Source: Bryobacterales bacterium (GTDB lineage Bacteria; Acidobacteriota; Terriglobia; Bryobacterales; UBA6623). From it: 64,000 nt of DNA. The notes under the pieces are model-generated. The model did not search any database and had not been told where the DNA came from. It saw only the letters and a list, made by a program, of their open reading frames with translations. Positions within the stretch are counted from its first letter, which is position 1, and each line of letters begins with the position of its first letter. This document shows positions 1 through 9,358 of this stretch, one piece after another. The stretch lies in NCBI GenBank assembly GCA_965248105.1, contig CBDFIK010000005.1:923714-987713 (forward strand). Direction: 5' to 3'. Made by a program: the position numbers and the translations under genes.

Positions 1-1
1 G

Positions 2-589
2 AGGGACAGCGAGCCGCTCTTCGCGGGTGACCAGTACGCCGGGCTGAGTGAAACCGCTCTCTACTACATCGGCGGACTGCTCAAGCATGCTCCGGCGGTC
101 GTGGCCTTCGCGGCCCCAACGACCAACAGCTTCAAACGACTGGTCCCGGGCTTCGAGGCGCCTGTGAACTTGGCGTATTCCCGGCGCAACCGTTCGGCCG
201 CCTGCCGTATCCCGATGTATTCGTCCGATCCGAAGGCGAAGCGCGTGGAATTCCGGCCGCCCGATCCGGCCTGCAACCCCTACTTGGCGTTTGCAGCAAT
301 GTTGATGGCCGGTCTTGACGGTATCCAGAACAAGATTGATCCAGGCGAACCACTTGATAAGGACATCTACGACCTATCACCGGAAGAGCTGCAGAAGGTA
401 CCCGCCTTGCCCACTTCGCTTGACGGCGCCCTCGAAGCTCTCGAAAACGACCACGAGTTCCTGACCAGGCAAGACGTCTTTACCGAGGAGGTCATCGAGA
501 CCTGGATCGACTACAAGATGAAAAAGGAAGTGGATGAGGTGCGGCAAAGGCCCCATCCCTATGAGTTTTCGTTGTATTACGACATCTAG
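2..589 (+). CDS. glnA: Type I glutamine synthetase, C-terminal part (5' end outside window)
   Basis: Frame open from base 2 ([29 protein letters not shown]); motifs [46 protein letters not shown]. Confidence 0.95.
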   Translation, partial: RDSEPLFAGDQYAGLSETALYYIGGLLKHAPAVVAFAAPTTNSFKRLVPGFEAPVNLAYSRRNRSAACRIPMYSSDPKAKRVEFRPPDPACNPYLAFAAMLMAGLDGIQNKIDPGEPLDKDIYDLSPEELQKVPALPTSLDGALEALENDHEFLTRQDVFTEEVIETWIDYKMKKEVDEVRQRPHPYEFSLYYDI

Positions 590-722
590 AGGCAGAAAGC
601 CCTAATCGGCGGCCTGTTGCGATTTGAGGCGCGTAGAACCTCGGAACGCGCCCCTGCCCAGTAGTCCTCAGGCCGCTCGGGGTGCATCGGCTTGAAAAAG
701 TGGCTCGGTTCGGCCCAATTGC

Positions 723-751
723 TTGCGACCAGGCCGAGCGGAGTTTATAAT
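723..751 (+). promoter_or_regulatory. Sigma70-type promoter of second glnA
   Basis: TTGCGA(723-728), 17-bp spacer, TATAAT(746-751); AGGAGA RBS upstream of ATG 856. Confidence 0.7.
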
Positions 752-855
752 TCTCAGTTTCCGCGCCCTGTCCGGCGGCTGGTAGAAGACCCAGCTGGTT
801 CCGAGGGGAGCGACAAAACGTACCAACTTATACGCCAGACAGGAGAGAATCGAAT

Positions 856-2277
856 ATGCCCAAAACGCCAACTGACGTGAGGCAGCTAGCCGAGAAAACC
901 GACGTAAAGATCGTCGATGTGAAATTCATCGATTTGCCCGGAGTGTGGCAACACTTCTCGTTCCCCGTCGAGGACCTCACGGATGACATCTTCGAGGACG
1001 GTCTCGGATTTGACGGCTCGAGCGTCCGGGGATTTCAACAGATCCAAGAGAGTGACATGCTGCTCATCCCCGACCCGGATACGGCGCGTGTCGACCCGCT
1101 GCGCTCCGTCCCGACGCTGAGTCTTATCTGCAATGTGCAAGATCCCATCACGCGCCAACCCTATAGCCGTGACCCGCGCTACATCGCGCAGAAAGCCGAG
1201 ACCTATCTGAAGGGGTCCGGCGTGGCCGATCTGAGCTACTGGGGACCGGAAGCTGAATTCTACGTCTTCGACGACGTGCGCTATGACCAAACTGCCAACG
1301 CAGCCTTTTACTCTGTCGATTCGGCCGAGGGGGCTTGGAATACAGGAAGAGCCGAGGGTCCCAACCTGGGCTACAAGCTGCGGCACAAAGAGGGCTACTT
1401 CCCGGTACCGCCGGCCGATTCACTGCAAGACTTCCGCTCGGAAGTGATTCTTCGCCTGAAAGAGTTCAACGTCAGGGTCGAAGTTCACCATCATGAGGTG
1501 GGGACCGCCGGTCAGGGCGAGATCGACTTGCGCTACGACACCCTGACCCATATGGCCGACAGCCTCATGTACTACAAATATGTGCTTCGCAACGTCGCTA
1601 AGCAGCACGGCAAGACCGTGACCTTCATGCCCAAGCCGATCTTTGGTGATAACGGCTCGGGTATGCACGTACACCAGAGTCTGTGGAAGGGCGACGCCAA
1701 CCTCTTCTATAGCGAATCGGGCTACGGGCTGCTAAGCGAAACCGCTATGCATTATATCGGGGGGATTCTCAAGCACGTACCGGCTCTGTTGGCCCTTTGT
1801 GCTCCGACGACCAACTCCTACCGGCGGTTGGTGCCCGGCTACGAGGCCCCGGTCAACATCGCCTATTCGCAGCGAAACCGCTCGGCCTGCGTCCGCATCC
1901 CGATGTATTCGACGAGCTCCGCTGCGAGGCGCATGGAGTTCCGCTGCCCGGACCCGTCCTGCAATCCGTATCTAGCCTTTCCAGCGCTGCTGATGGCGGG
2001 ACTGGACGGCATTCTCAACAAGATCGATCCCGGCGACCCGATGGATAAAGATCTCTACGATCTCGCGCCCGAGGAAGCCGCCGCGGTCAAGAGTACGCCC
2101 GGCTCGCTGGGCGAGGTGCTCGATGCGCTCGAGGACGACCATGAGTTCTTGCTACGAGGTGACGTCTTCACCCAAGACGTTATCGACACGTGGATTAGCT
2201 ACAAGAGAGAGAAGGAACTCGCCGAGGTAAACCTGCGGCCGGTGCCATACGAGTTCTATCTCTACTACGACCTCTAG
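856..2277 (+). CDS. glnA: Type I glutamine synthetase (second, full-length copy)
   Basis: 473 aa; [54 protein letters not shown]. Confidence 0.97.
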   Translation: MPKTPTDVRQLAEKTDVKIVDVKFIDLPGVWQHFSFPVEDLTDDIFEDGLGFDGSSVRGFQQIQESDMLLIPDPDTARVDPLRSVPTLSLICNVQDPITRQPYSRDPRYIAQKAETYLKGSGVADLSYWGPEAEFYVFDDVRYDQTANAAFYSVDSAEGAWNTGRAEGPNLGYKLRHKEGYFPVPPADSLQDFRSEVILRLKEFNVRVEVHHHEVGTAGQGEIDLRYDTLTHMADSLMYYKYVLRNVAKQHGKTVTFMPKPIFGDNGSGMHVHQSLWKGDANLFYSESGYGLLSETAMHYIGGILKHVPALLALCAPTTNSYRRLVPGYEAPVNIAYSQRNRSACVRIPMYSTSSAARRMEFRCPDPSCNPYLAFPALLMAGLDGILNKIDPGDPMDKDLYDLAPEEAAAVKSTPGSLGEVLDALEDDHEFLLRGDVFTQDVIDTWISYKREKELAEVNLRPVPYEFYLYYDL

Positions 2278-2511
2278 TTTTTGCGACTGCGCGCCCGTCG
2301 GGAAGCCGCCCGGCGGGCGGTGCGGTTTCTTCGGCCCGCCCCCTGGTGAGAAAAGCGGGCTAAAACCGCGTGCTATGCTGAGATCCTGTAGCGCATGGCT
2401 CGGCGGTCGTTTTGCCGAGACTTGCGGCCGTCGTCTCCGCGACCCGCGCACAAAATCCCCGATCAGCAGCCCGGCGCCCTGCCGTCGAAAGATGGCGCTG
2501 CCGTGGCACCC

Positions 2512-3537
2512 TCAGGACGAAGGTCCCGCGTCGGCCGCCTCGGCCTGAACAAGTAGCTCTTGATCGTCCATGCCGATGGCATTGACGACTAAAGCCGCCA
2601 GGGTGCGGATGAAACGCGTGCTGTCGTTCAGCCCGGGCATCATCTCGAATTGGCGGATGCCGTGCTCGGCAGCCTCCTTGCGAGCCTCGATATCGATCTC
2701 AGCCAGGGTCTCGACGTGATCAGACACAAAGGCAATAGGTACCACAAGGGCACTTTCGGCGCCGCACTCTCCTAGGCGACTTATCGTCTCGTGGAGGGAG
2801 GGCTGCAGCCACCTGCGGTTGCCGATCTTGCTTTGATAGCACGTGGATGTGGCGTTCGGCCACCCTCCGCGTTCCATCACCAAGCGAACAGTGTCCTCGA
2901 TTTGGGTTCGATACGGATCACCCCCATCGATAACGCTCACCGGAACACTATGAGCACTGAACACCACGTGGACACTCCCTGGATTGTCGAACCTCCTGAA
3001 GGTCCGGTTGATCTGATCCACAAGCGAGTCTAGATAGGGAGAGAAGTCGTAGAACTCGCGAATCAGGTGGGTCGGACGCTCGAACGCCAGCGATCGGCAC
3101 CTGCGTTTCCATTCATTGAGGCTGCTGCCGGTGGTCGTCGAAGAGTATTGAGGGTACAGAGGCAGCAAGACCAACTCATCGCAGCCGGCCCGTCGTGCTC
3201 TCTCAATCGCGTCATCGGTCATGGGGTGCCAATAGCGCATGGCGACAAACACCCGGGCATCGATACGTTTGCGCAGCTCTTCCTCGAGCGCCACCGCTTG
3301 CTGTTCCGTAAACTTCCGAATGGGTGACGCCCCGCCAATCTCGGCATAGTGGGCCCGAACCTTGCGTGCTCGACCTTTTGAAATCAGCTTTGCCAATGCT
3401 GGCCGGCCGATCTTGGCCAACGGGAAGTTGATAATCTCGGGGTCGGAGAACAGGTTGTAGAGGAACGGCTCAATGGCCTCGGGAGAATCCGGGCCGCCAA
3501 GCTGAAACAAAATTACGCCGATCGTTTTAGCGGACAC
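2512..3537 (-). CDS. hemH: Ferrochelatase
   Basis: QLGGPDS, AMRYWHP, LPLYPQYSSTTTGS, FSAHSVP, GDPY, FVSDHVETLAEID; GTG 3537 is the likely start (ORF open to 3573). Confidence 0.95.
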   Translation of the reverse strand: MSAKTIGVILFQLGGPDSPEAIEPFLYNLFSDPEIINFPLAKIGRPALAKLISKGRARKVRAHYAEIGGASPIRKFTEQQAVALEEELRKRIDARVFVAMRYWHPMTDDAIERARRAGCDELVLLPLYPQYSSTTTGSSLNEWKRRCRSLAFERPTHLIREFYDFSPYLDSLVDQINRTFRRFDNPGSVHVVFSAHSVPVSVIDGGDPYRTQIEDTVRLVMERGGWPNATSTCYQSKIGNRRWLQPSLHETISRLGECGAESALVVPIAFVSDHVETLAEIDIEARKEAAEHGIRQFEMMPGLNDSTRFIRTLAALVVNAIGMDDQELLVQAEAADAGPSS

Positions 3538-3986
3538 GAAGCTTGACTTTAGATGGACATCGAGAAGGAACAACTAAGCCCGATACCGTTCACCTATTGA
3601 TGTTCGCGAAATACAGTGTAGGGGCGCAGCGTGCTGCGCCCGCTCTGGCAAGGCATTTGCTGTGTCCGAAAACAACACTATATTCTGCGGGTATCAATAA
3701 GCTGTGATGGCGCCAACAAATCTTTCCCCGTATTGCACCGTTTGCCATGTACGGGCGCGACATGTCGCCCCGGCGGCGATCGATAGCGAAGCGCGACCGA
3801 CAGGGTTCGGCAGATCCTTAATCGTATATCGAAAGAGCCTCAAAGACAATCAGTCGAGCACCCCAGGGCCAGCCGAATCCGCCGGGCGCGGCGCACTTGT
3901 TTTCCCCAAAGCTGGGGCACTACCACCAAGAAACGTGAATTTCTAGTACCGAAGCCATACTTCGATGCCGTTGAGTTCGTCGACCT

Positions 3987-4341
3987 GCTATCCCGCTTTT
4001 CTCACCAGGTGGCGAGGCGAAGTGCGTGAGAGGCCTGTCAGTACAAGGCGCGCGCCGCTCAGCACCCCGTTTCTTGAATAATGCGGGTGTACTTGAACCC
4101 TACGTTGAGCACGGTGAGCAAGCGCAACGACGTAATGGCGAGTCTATCAGCCCGTGGCAAAAGTCGTGCAAGAGCGAAAAATGGGGACTGCCACCAATTC
4201 GCCCCTCGTCACATACCTAGAAACAAAGTGCTTAGCCTGAAGCGAATTGGCTGGCTGTACCCGATTTTTCGCTCTTGCACGACTTTTGCCACGGGCTGCT
4301 ATCGCGTGCTTCGACCGTCAGCTGGTGAGAAATGCGGGCTA
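3987..4341. mobile_element. MITE-like element family A with nested repeats
   Basis: Ends CTATCCCGCTTTTCTCACCAG / CTGGTGAGAAATGCGGGCTA; same ends at 5237-5758 and a lone end at 2342-2362. Confidence 0.65.
4145..4301. mobile_element. MITE-like element family B (nested in A)
   Basis: Terminal IR CAGCCCGTGGCAAAAGTCGTGCA / TGCACGACTTTTGCCACGGGCTG; homologous copy at 44077-44244. Confidence 0.75.
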
Positions 4342-4427
4342 TAGCCTGGGAGGACACCAACTGAACCATTAAGGAAGGGCGTTTCCCCGGCCGGGGAGGC
4401 TCGAAAACCGCGTGCTATGCTGAGCGT

Positions 4428-5240
4428 ATGGCACGGCGGGTGAGCGTCAAGAGTTGGGCCTCGGCTCTGCTGATGGTGACGCTTGCCGGCGGTATCCTCC
4501 TCGCCCAGCGAACTTACCGCGGCGTCCCGATTCCATTCTTTCGGATGGACGTGCCGGAGCCTCTCGACGGCGACGAGCCGGCCGAGTTCTACTTCGTTCG
4601 ACTGATCTATCCCGACGGTCTCGGTGATCGCCGTCTCGAAGATCGGCCTTCTATGATCGACTCCCCGGCTGCGGAGCGGCACTTTCTCCAAGGTCTGCGC
4701 CGGCTGTCAAACGTCGATTGCCGATCCAAGGAGGTCTATATCTCGGCCACCGATGACGACTTCTTCGACTATCCGTGGCTTTATGTGGTCGAACCCGGCT
4801 GGTGGCAGCTAAGCGACGAAGAGGCCGAGCGGATCCGCGAATACCTTCTGCGCGGGGGATTCATGATCCTCGACGACTTCCACGGCACGTATGAATGGGC
4901 GCTGTTCATGCGCGGTATGCGAAAGATCTTTCCCGACCGGGCGGTTGTCGAGGTTGACCCCGGCGACGAAGTCTTTCATGTTCTGTACGATCTCGAACCC
5001 AAGGAGCAGATCCCTGGGGCGCAGATGCTTTTCACGGGCCGCACCCACGAACGAGACGGCGTTACACCACACTGGAGGGGCATCTACGACGATGACGGCC
5101 GCTTGATGGTGCTGATCAACTTCAACATGGACCTGGGCGACGCCTGGGAGCACGCCGACTGGCCGGAATACCCGGAGCGCTACACGGCCATGTCCTACCG
5201 GCTTGGTATCAACTACATCGTCTACGCGATGACCCACTAG
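4428..5240 (+). CDS. DUF4159 domain-containing secreted protein
   Basis: Signal peptide; YPWLYVVEPG, LREYLLRGGF..DDFHG, DLGDAWE, GINYIVYAMTH C-terminus typical of the family. Confidence 0.85.
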   Translation: MARRVSVKSWASALLMVTLAGGILLAQRTYRGVPIPFFRMDVPEPLDGDEPAEFYFVRLIYPDGLGDRRLEDRPSMIDSPAAERHFLQGLRRLSNVDCRSKEVYISATDDDFFDYPWLYVVEPGWWQLSDEEAERIREYLLRGGFMILDDFHGTYEWALFMRGMRKIFPDRAVVEVDPGDEVFHVLYDLEPKEQIPGAQMLFTGRTHERDGVTPHWRGIYDDDGRLMVLINFNMDLGDAWEHADWPEYPERYTAMSYRLGINYIVYAMTH

Positions 5241-5758
5241 CCCGCATTTCTCGCCAGCTGACGGTCGAAGCACACGATAGGACCGCCAATCTTGGCGGTC
5301 GCTATGCCAGGGCGTCCTTGGTTTGGCAAGGTACAATAGTAGTTGAAGCACACGCGAAGTATTCGGGGCCCATTCGAGCACGGGTCGTCGGAAGCCACGA
5401 ACCAACGAGGCAAGAAAATTACCAAACAAACCCAATTTCGTGGAACCAAAAGGGAATCAATGGTTTACGGTTGGTTTCGAGTACGGTGGGGCGGTCGGAT
5501 CCGTAAAATCCGACGGATCGGACCAGCCGGGTGCAAGAGTAGCTTTGCCGCAGGGCCGGAGGCCCCGAGGAGCAACAGGGCGGCAGAGCTTGTAGCGCGG
5601 ACCTGGCGCTGTTCCAGCGTCCGCGTCTGTGGGCTACCGAGCAACAGCATTACCAAACAAAGCCAATTCCTTATAACGCCTTTTGTTCCAGGAACTTACA
5701 GAAAGTTTGGCGGGCTGATCGCGTGCTTCGACCTCAGCTGGTGAGAAAAGCGGGCTAG
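5237..5758. mobile_element. MITE-like element family A, CTAG-bounded, inserted at DUF4159 stop codon
   Basis: CTAGCCCGCATTTCTCGCCAGCTGACGGTCGAAGCAC ... GTGCTTCGACCTCAGCTGGTGAGAAAAGCGGGCTAG; contains a REP (about 5592-5627). Confidence 0.7.
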
Positions 5759-5909
5759 GCGACTCTCCTGGAGACGGGTTCACTATCGATTCGGAAATGT
5801 CGGGATCGAAAGCCCGACACAGCACGCTGAAAGCGTGCGCCACACTTCTGGCAAGCCGAGTACATCCTGGGCCAGGACGATCAGAGTCTTGTCGGGTACA
5901 GCCGCCTAG
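5755..5909. mobile_element. MITE-like element family D
   Basis: CTAG-bounded; core TGTCGGG.TCGAAAGCCCGACACAGCACGCTGAAAGCGTGCGCCAC shared with 32866-32999 and 61110-61240. Confidence 0.75.
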
Positions 5910-6079
5910 CGGAACAGGGCGTACATTTCCCTATTTACGATCGTCAGGCCGTCTTTTGAGTAACCCGCGGCACGGCGACCGAAGTGAGTTTTTCAGCAAC
6001 CGCTTGGGAATCGAGGTTCCGCCAGGTACAGGTGCGCTGCACCTCATGCGGAGCGGCTTCGACGGTCTAGCGGCTACGG

Positions 6080-6778
6080 TTATTCCGACATCTCGGCCTC
6101 AACTGGAGGCGCGCGCCGGATGGACTTGATGAAAACGGGGACTACCGGAACGTTCTTGCGTGAACGCTGCTCGGCGGTCTTCACCTTGCCGATGGCTTCG
6201 ACGACATCCATCCCTTCAATGACCTTGCCGAATACGCAATAGCCCGTTCCGTCGCCCTTGGAATTACCGAAATCCAAGCTCGGGCTATTTCGGAGGTTGA
6301 TGAAGAACTGTGTGGTCGCACTCTGTGGGTCCTTTCCTCGAGCCATCGACACCGCGCCTTTCAGATTCTTCAGCCCGTTGTCGGATTCGTTCTCAATGGG
6401 ACCCCGGTTCATCTTTCGTTTCAGATCAAAAGTGAGGCCACCACCCTGCACCATGAACCGCTTGACCACGCGGTGGAAGATCGTGGCGTCATAGAACCTG
6501 CGGTCCGCGTAGCCGAGGAAGTTCTCGACCGTTTTCGGCGCCTTGTCGGCGTCGAGTTCCATCTTCACTGTTCCTTTGGTGGTGTCCATGATCACCACGT
6601 GCTTGCCGGTTAGCGGCTCCGGCTTCTTCTTCTCCATCGCTTCTTTTTTCGCCTGCTCGGCGGCTGTTTCAGTCGCTGTCGGCGACTCTCCTCCACCGTC
6701 GCAGCCGACTGCTATCAGCAGAGTTGCTAGTAGGAAAACCCAAACAGCGATTCCGTTGGCCTTCCACGTTCTCTTCAT
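6080..6778 (-). CDS. ppiA: Cyclophilin-type peptidyl-prolyl cis-trans isomerase, lipoprotein
   Basis: Lipobox AVGC; APKTVENFL, FHRVVKRFMVQGGG, SMAR, SATTQFFINL, YCVFGKV. Confidence 0.92.
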   Translation of the reverse strand: MKRTWKANGIAVWVFLLATLLIAVGCDGGGESPTATETAAEQAKKEAMEKKKPEPLTGKHVVIMDTTKGTVKMELDADKAPKTVENFLGYADRRFYDATIFHRVVKRFMVQGGGLTFDLKRKMNRGPIENESDNGLKNLKGAVSMARGKDPQSATTQFFINLRNSPSLDFGNSKGDGTGYCVFGKVIEGMDVVEAIGKVKTAEQRSRKNVPVVPVFIKSIRRAPPVEAEMSE

Positions 6779-6907
6779 GTCAATTCCTCCCCTCGCCTGG
6801 TTTATCCCCGTCGGATTGTAACATTCTCCGCGTGGTGTCGAGGGGCAGTTTCTTGCATTTTCGGATTCCCACCCTGGCGACGCTGGCCTGACCCTCGCTA
6901 CCCCCTT

Positions 6908-7777
6908 CTAGTCGAAGAAAAGAATCTTCGGCTGAACCACTCCATTGGCGACACCGATCCCTTTCCCATGGATCCCGTAGCCGGGGTAGGCCTTCAACAC
7001 TTCTTCGGTTACGGCTGCGGGATCTTCGTGATGATAAGAACTAATGGCCATTGGGGGATGAAAACGCTTGATCGTCCCCTGACCGCCTTCCAGACTCCAC
7101 CTCTCCGACCCCTCGATATCCATCTTGATGAAGTCAATCCTCTCCAGAGCAAGGTTTTCGACTACGTTGTCGAGCGGCACGATCGGAACGGTAATCCTGT
7201 GGGTACCGGGTAGATCATGTGGGGTGATTACAGAACGGGCCGTGTTGTGTTCGTGGACAGCGAGTTCGAGGGAAGAAATCTCTTTCCCCAATCCCCCCGA
7301 CGACAGTCACACTTCCATTCTCAATCTCGTTGGCGAAGTTGCGCTTACGCCTAAGACAGGCGATGTTGACCGGGTTGGGCTCGATCGCCACGACGCGGTG
7401 GGCACCGTTGTTCAGAGCGTAGCGCGTGAACGCACCAATGTGAGCACCGCAGTCAATGACCGTGTCTCCGGCGCTGACCCCGTTCTCTCCGCTGTCGTAG
7501 GTTGGTAAACAAGGATCTCCCACAGCAGCCATTCCAAGGTGCGGCTTTCCCCGCCCGGGACCCAGAACCTTCCCATCGGGGTACCGTATTGGCCCAAGTC
7601 ATGTCCCTCCCACGCTTGCTCTCCCAGTAATTCGATCGAGTCCGCGACCCAACGATCTTTCCCTTCAGGAGAGAAGCAGTGCTCGCGGGTCATCGCGATG
7701 CTCGCAACCTCCCACCACCCGAACTGGGGCAAAAAGCCAGTTGCGTAGGATGCGAGAGCGGAGATCCTCCAAGCCAA
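6908..7777 (-). pseudogene. FkbM-family methyltransferase, frameshifted
   Basis: Three consecutive frames (7412-7777, 7215-7532, 6908-7291) carry VIDCGAHIG, AIEPNP and IDFIKMDIEGSE; paralog of 20094-21056. Confidence 0.85.
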
Positions 7778-7825
7778 GGAACACCTGCCCGCTGATTCCG
7801 CCCATCGGCACTCTGGTTAAGAACT

Positions 7826-7951
7826 TTAGAAGGTGAACCGCACGATGTAGGTGGGTGCAGGGTAAGGGTCAGGCCCCGCTTCAATCCCGAACAGCTCGCG
7901 GAGGAAAACATCAATCCTGCGCAGCAGTGCGCGGCGTTCGTGAATCGTCAT
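7826..7951 (-). CDS. Small hypothetical protein, 41 aa (MTIHERRALLRRIDVFLRELFGIEAGPDPYPAPTYIVRFTF)
   Basis: AAGGAG RBS 7 nt upstream of ATG; TAA stop; below the ORF-track size cutoff. Confidence 0.5.
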   Translation of the reverse strand: MTIHERRALLRRIDVFLRELFGIEAGPDPYPAPTYIVRFTF

Positions 7952-7973
7952 CTCGGGGCTCCTTTTTGGGCGG

Positions 7974-8084
7974 GGTAGTCACAACTGTGCGGGCAAGCGA
8001 TGATGCCCGTAGGTCGCTCATGCCGCTTACCCCGCGCGGCGATCAGGCCCGGTTGGGTGTCCGACCGCCCTTCGGGTTGCTACC
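7974..8084 (-). ncRNA. Candidate structured RNA / leader upstream of the 41-aa ORF
   Basis: Helices GGCGGUCGG/CUGAUCGCC and GCGGGUAAGCG/CGCUUGCCCGC with 3 G-U pairs valid only on the minus strand; closing stem GGUAGCAAC/GUUG-UGA-CUACC. Confidence 0.4.
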
Positions 8085-8120
8085 AGTATAAACCCTTCAC
8101 ACTCGGTTATGTGCAACATT

Positions 8121-8167
8121 TTCGGGGCAGCAGGAGGTCCGGAGTTCAAATCTCCGCGCCCGGACCA
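8121..8167 (+). other. 3' fragment of a tRNA (Pro-like); probable att site scar
   Basis: GGAGGTCCGGAGTTCAAATCTCCGCGCCCGGACCA forms a T-arm plus 3' acceptor strand and CCA; 5' half missing; followed by direct repeat TTTTGGTTCCTA x2. Confidence 0.7.
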
Positions 8168-8780
8168 ACATTAACCCTTTGATGAAATGCACTTGGCGAG
8201 TATGACGCAAGCTATGTCGTTTTGGTTCCTATTTTGGTTCCTAGTTGTTGCGATTTATCGCGGCTGGGCGTCAAAATGGCGTCCGATCTCTCTCAACGCT
8301 GGGAACAAGTTCGCTCTCCGCCAACGTCGGTACCCGGCGAGGCGCCCAACCCAAGGTGCCTCCACTGCCTTTACAGTATTTTTGGGGTGACGAGCCAAAA
8401 AATGAGCGTGGTGATCCAAAGACGTCTCAATTTTTCGACCTGTCGTGCTACAATTCGACATTAGCAATTCAGAGCTTCACGCCGCTAGTGGAGCAACAGG
8501 CTTGCTGCAGAACATGGTTGGAGGTTCAGTTTGCTGTGGGCTGGGCTATTAGGCTGTGGGTCTGAATTTGGTCCGTCGGTATCCCGCCCTGCTTTCGTGT
8601 CTGATTTTTACTGCTCTTGATTCGCTTTTTGCCTATGTCGGGGGATTTGCAACCGCTGTCGGCCAGGAACACTCGCCTTCGCGCTGTAAGCGTAGGATTT
8701 CGATGAAAGAGTGAAGACGCAGCGTTGATGGATCGACTTAGAGCGTTTCGACCAGACACTACTGAAAGGTACAAGGTACT

Positions 8781-9332
8781 ATGATCATGATTGATCTCTT
8801 CGCTATGTTGGGATCCATCCTTTTGGCGATTTTGGCTGCAGGACTGGGTCTCGCGGGCCACAGCATAAAGGATCACCCCTTGGATCTTCAGGCTCTCGCT
8901 GGTCAGATCCCAACCGAGGACGCGTATCGACCCATGGCTCGTCTGTTTGCCCAAGCGGATTTGGAGTTTCTCCGAAACCAGCCAGGGGGCAAGGCCGGCA
9001 TGGAGCGTCGCCTAACGCTTCAGCGGCGGCGAGTCCTATCTATTTACCTCCGTCAGATCCGCGGAGACTTCCACCAGATGTGGAACTATTGTCGTCTTCT
9101 AATACCCATAAGTAAACATCAGGCGTTTGGTGCCAAGATGGCCCAGCAAGTGGTCGTCTTCTACGGAGTGTACGCTCTACCGCGGATTCAGTGCTTTCTA
9201 AGCGCGTTGGTCTATATTCGGGCCGATGCGGTCGATCTGTTGTCTTCGTTCGGCCGCCTACGACAGGACGCTGACCGTGTGCTCGCGCCCGTCCCGCCGG
9301 CCTTGGCCCCCGCGACGTCTTGGGGAGCCTAG
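8781..9332 (+). CDS. Hypothetical membrane-anchored protein
   Basis: N-terminal TM helix; YRPMARLF..DLEFLR.QPG motif recalled from acidobacterial hypothetical proteins. Confidence 0.7.
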   Translation: MIMIDLFAMLGSILLAILAAGLGLAGHSIKDHPLDLQALAGQIPTEDAYRPMARLFAQADLEFLRNQPGGKAGMERRLTLQRRRVLSIYLRQIRGDFHQMWNYCRLLIPISKHQAFGAKMAQQVVVFYGVYALPRIQCFLSALVYIRADAVDLLSSFGRLRQDADRVLAPVPPALAPATSWGA

Positions 9333-9358
9333 CTCCTTGACAAGATCGAGCGTTTCGG

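Noticed and set aside
711-726. Possible sigma54 promoter upstream of glnA (CGGCCCAATTGCTTGC)
   Set aside because: GG-to-GC spacing is 11 nt, not the required 10; a good sigma70 promoter explains the site
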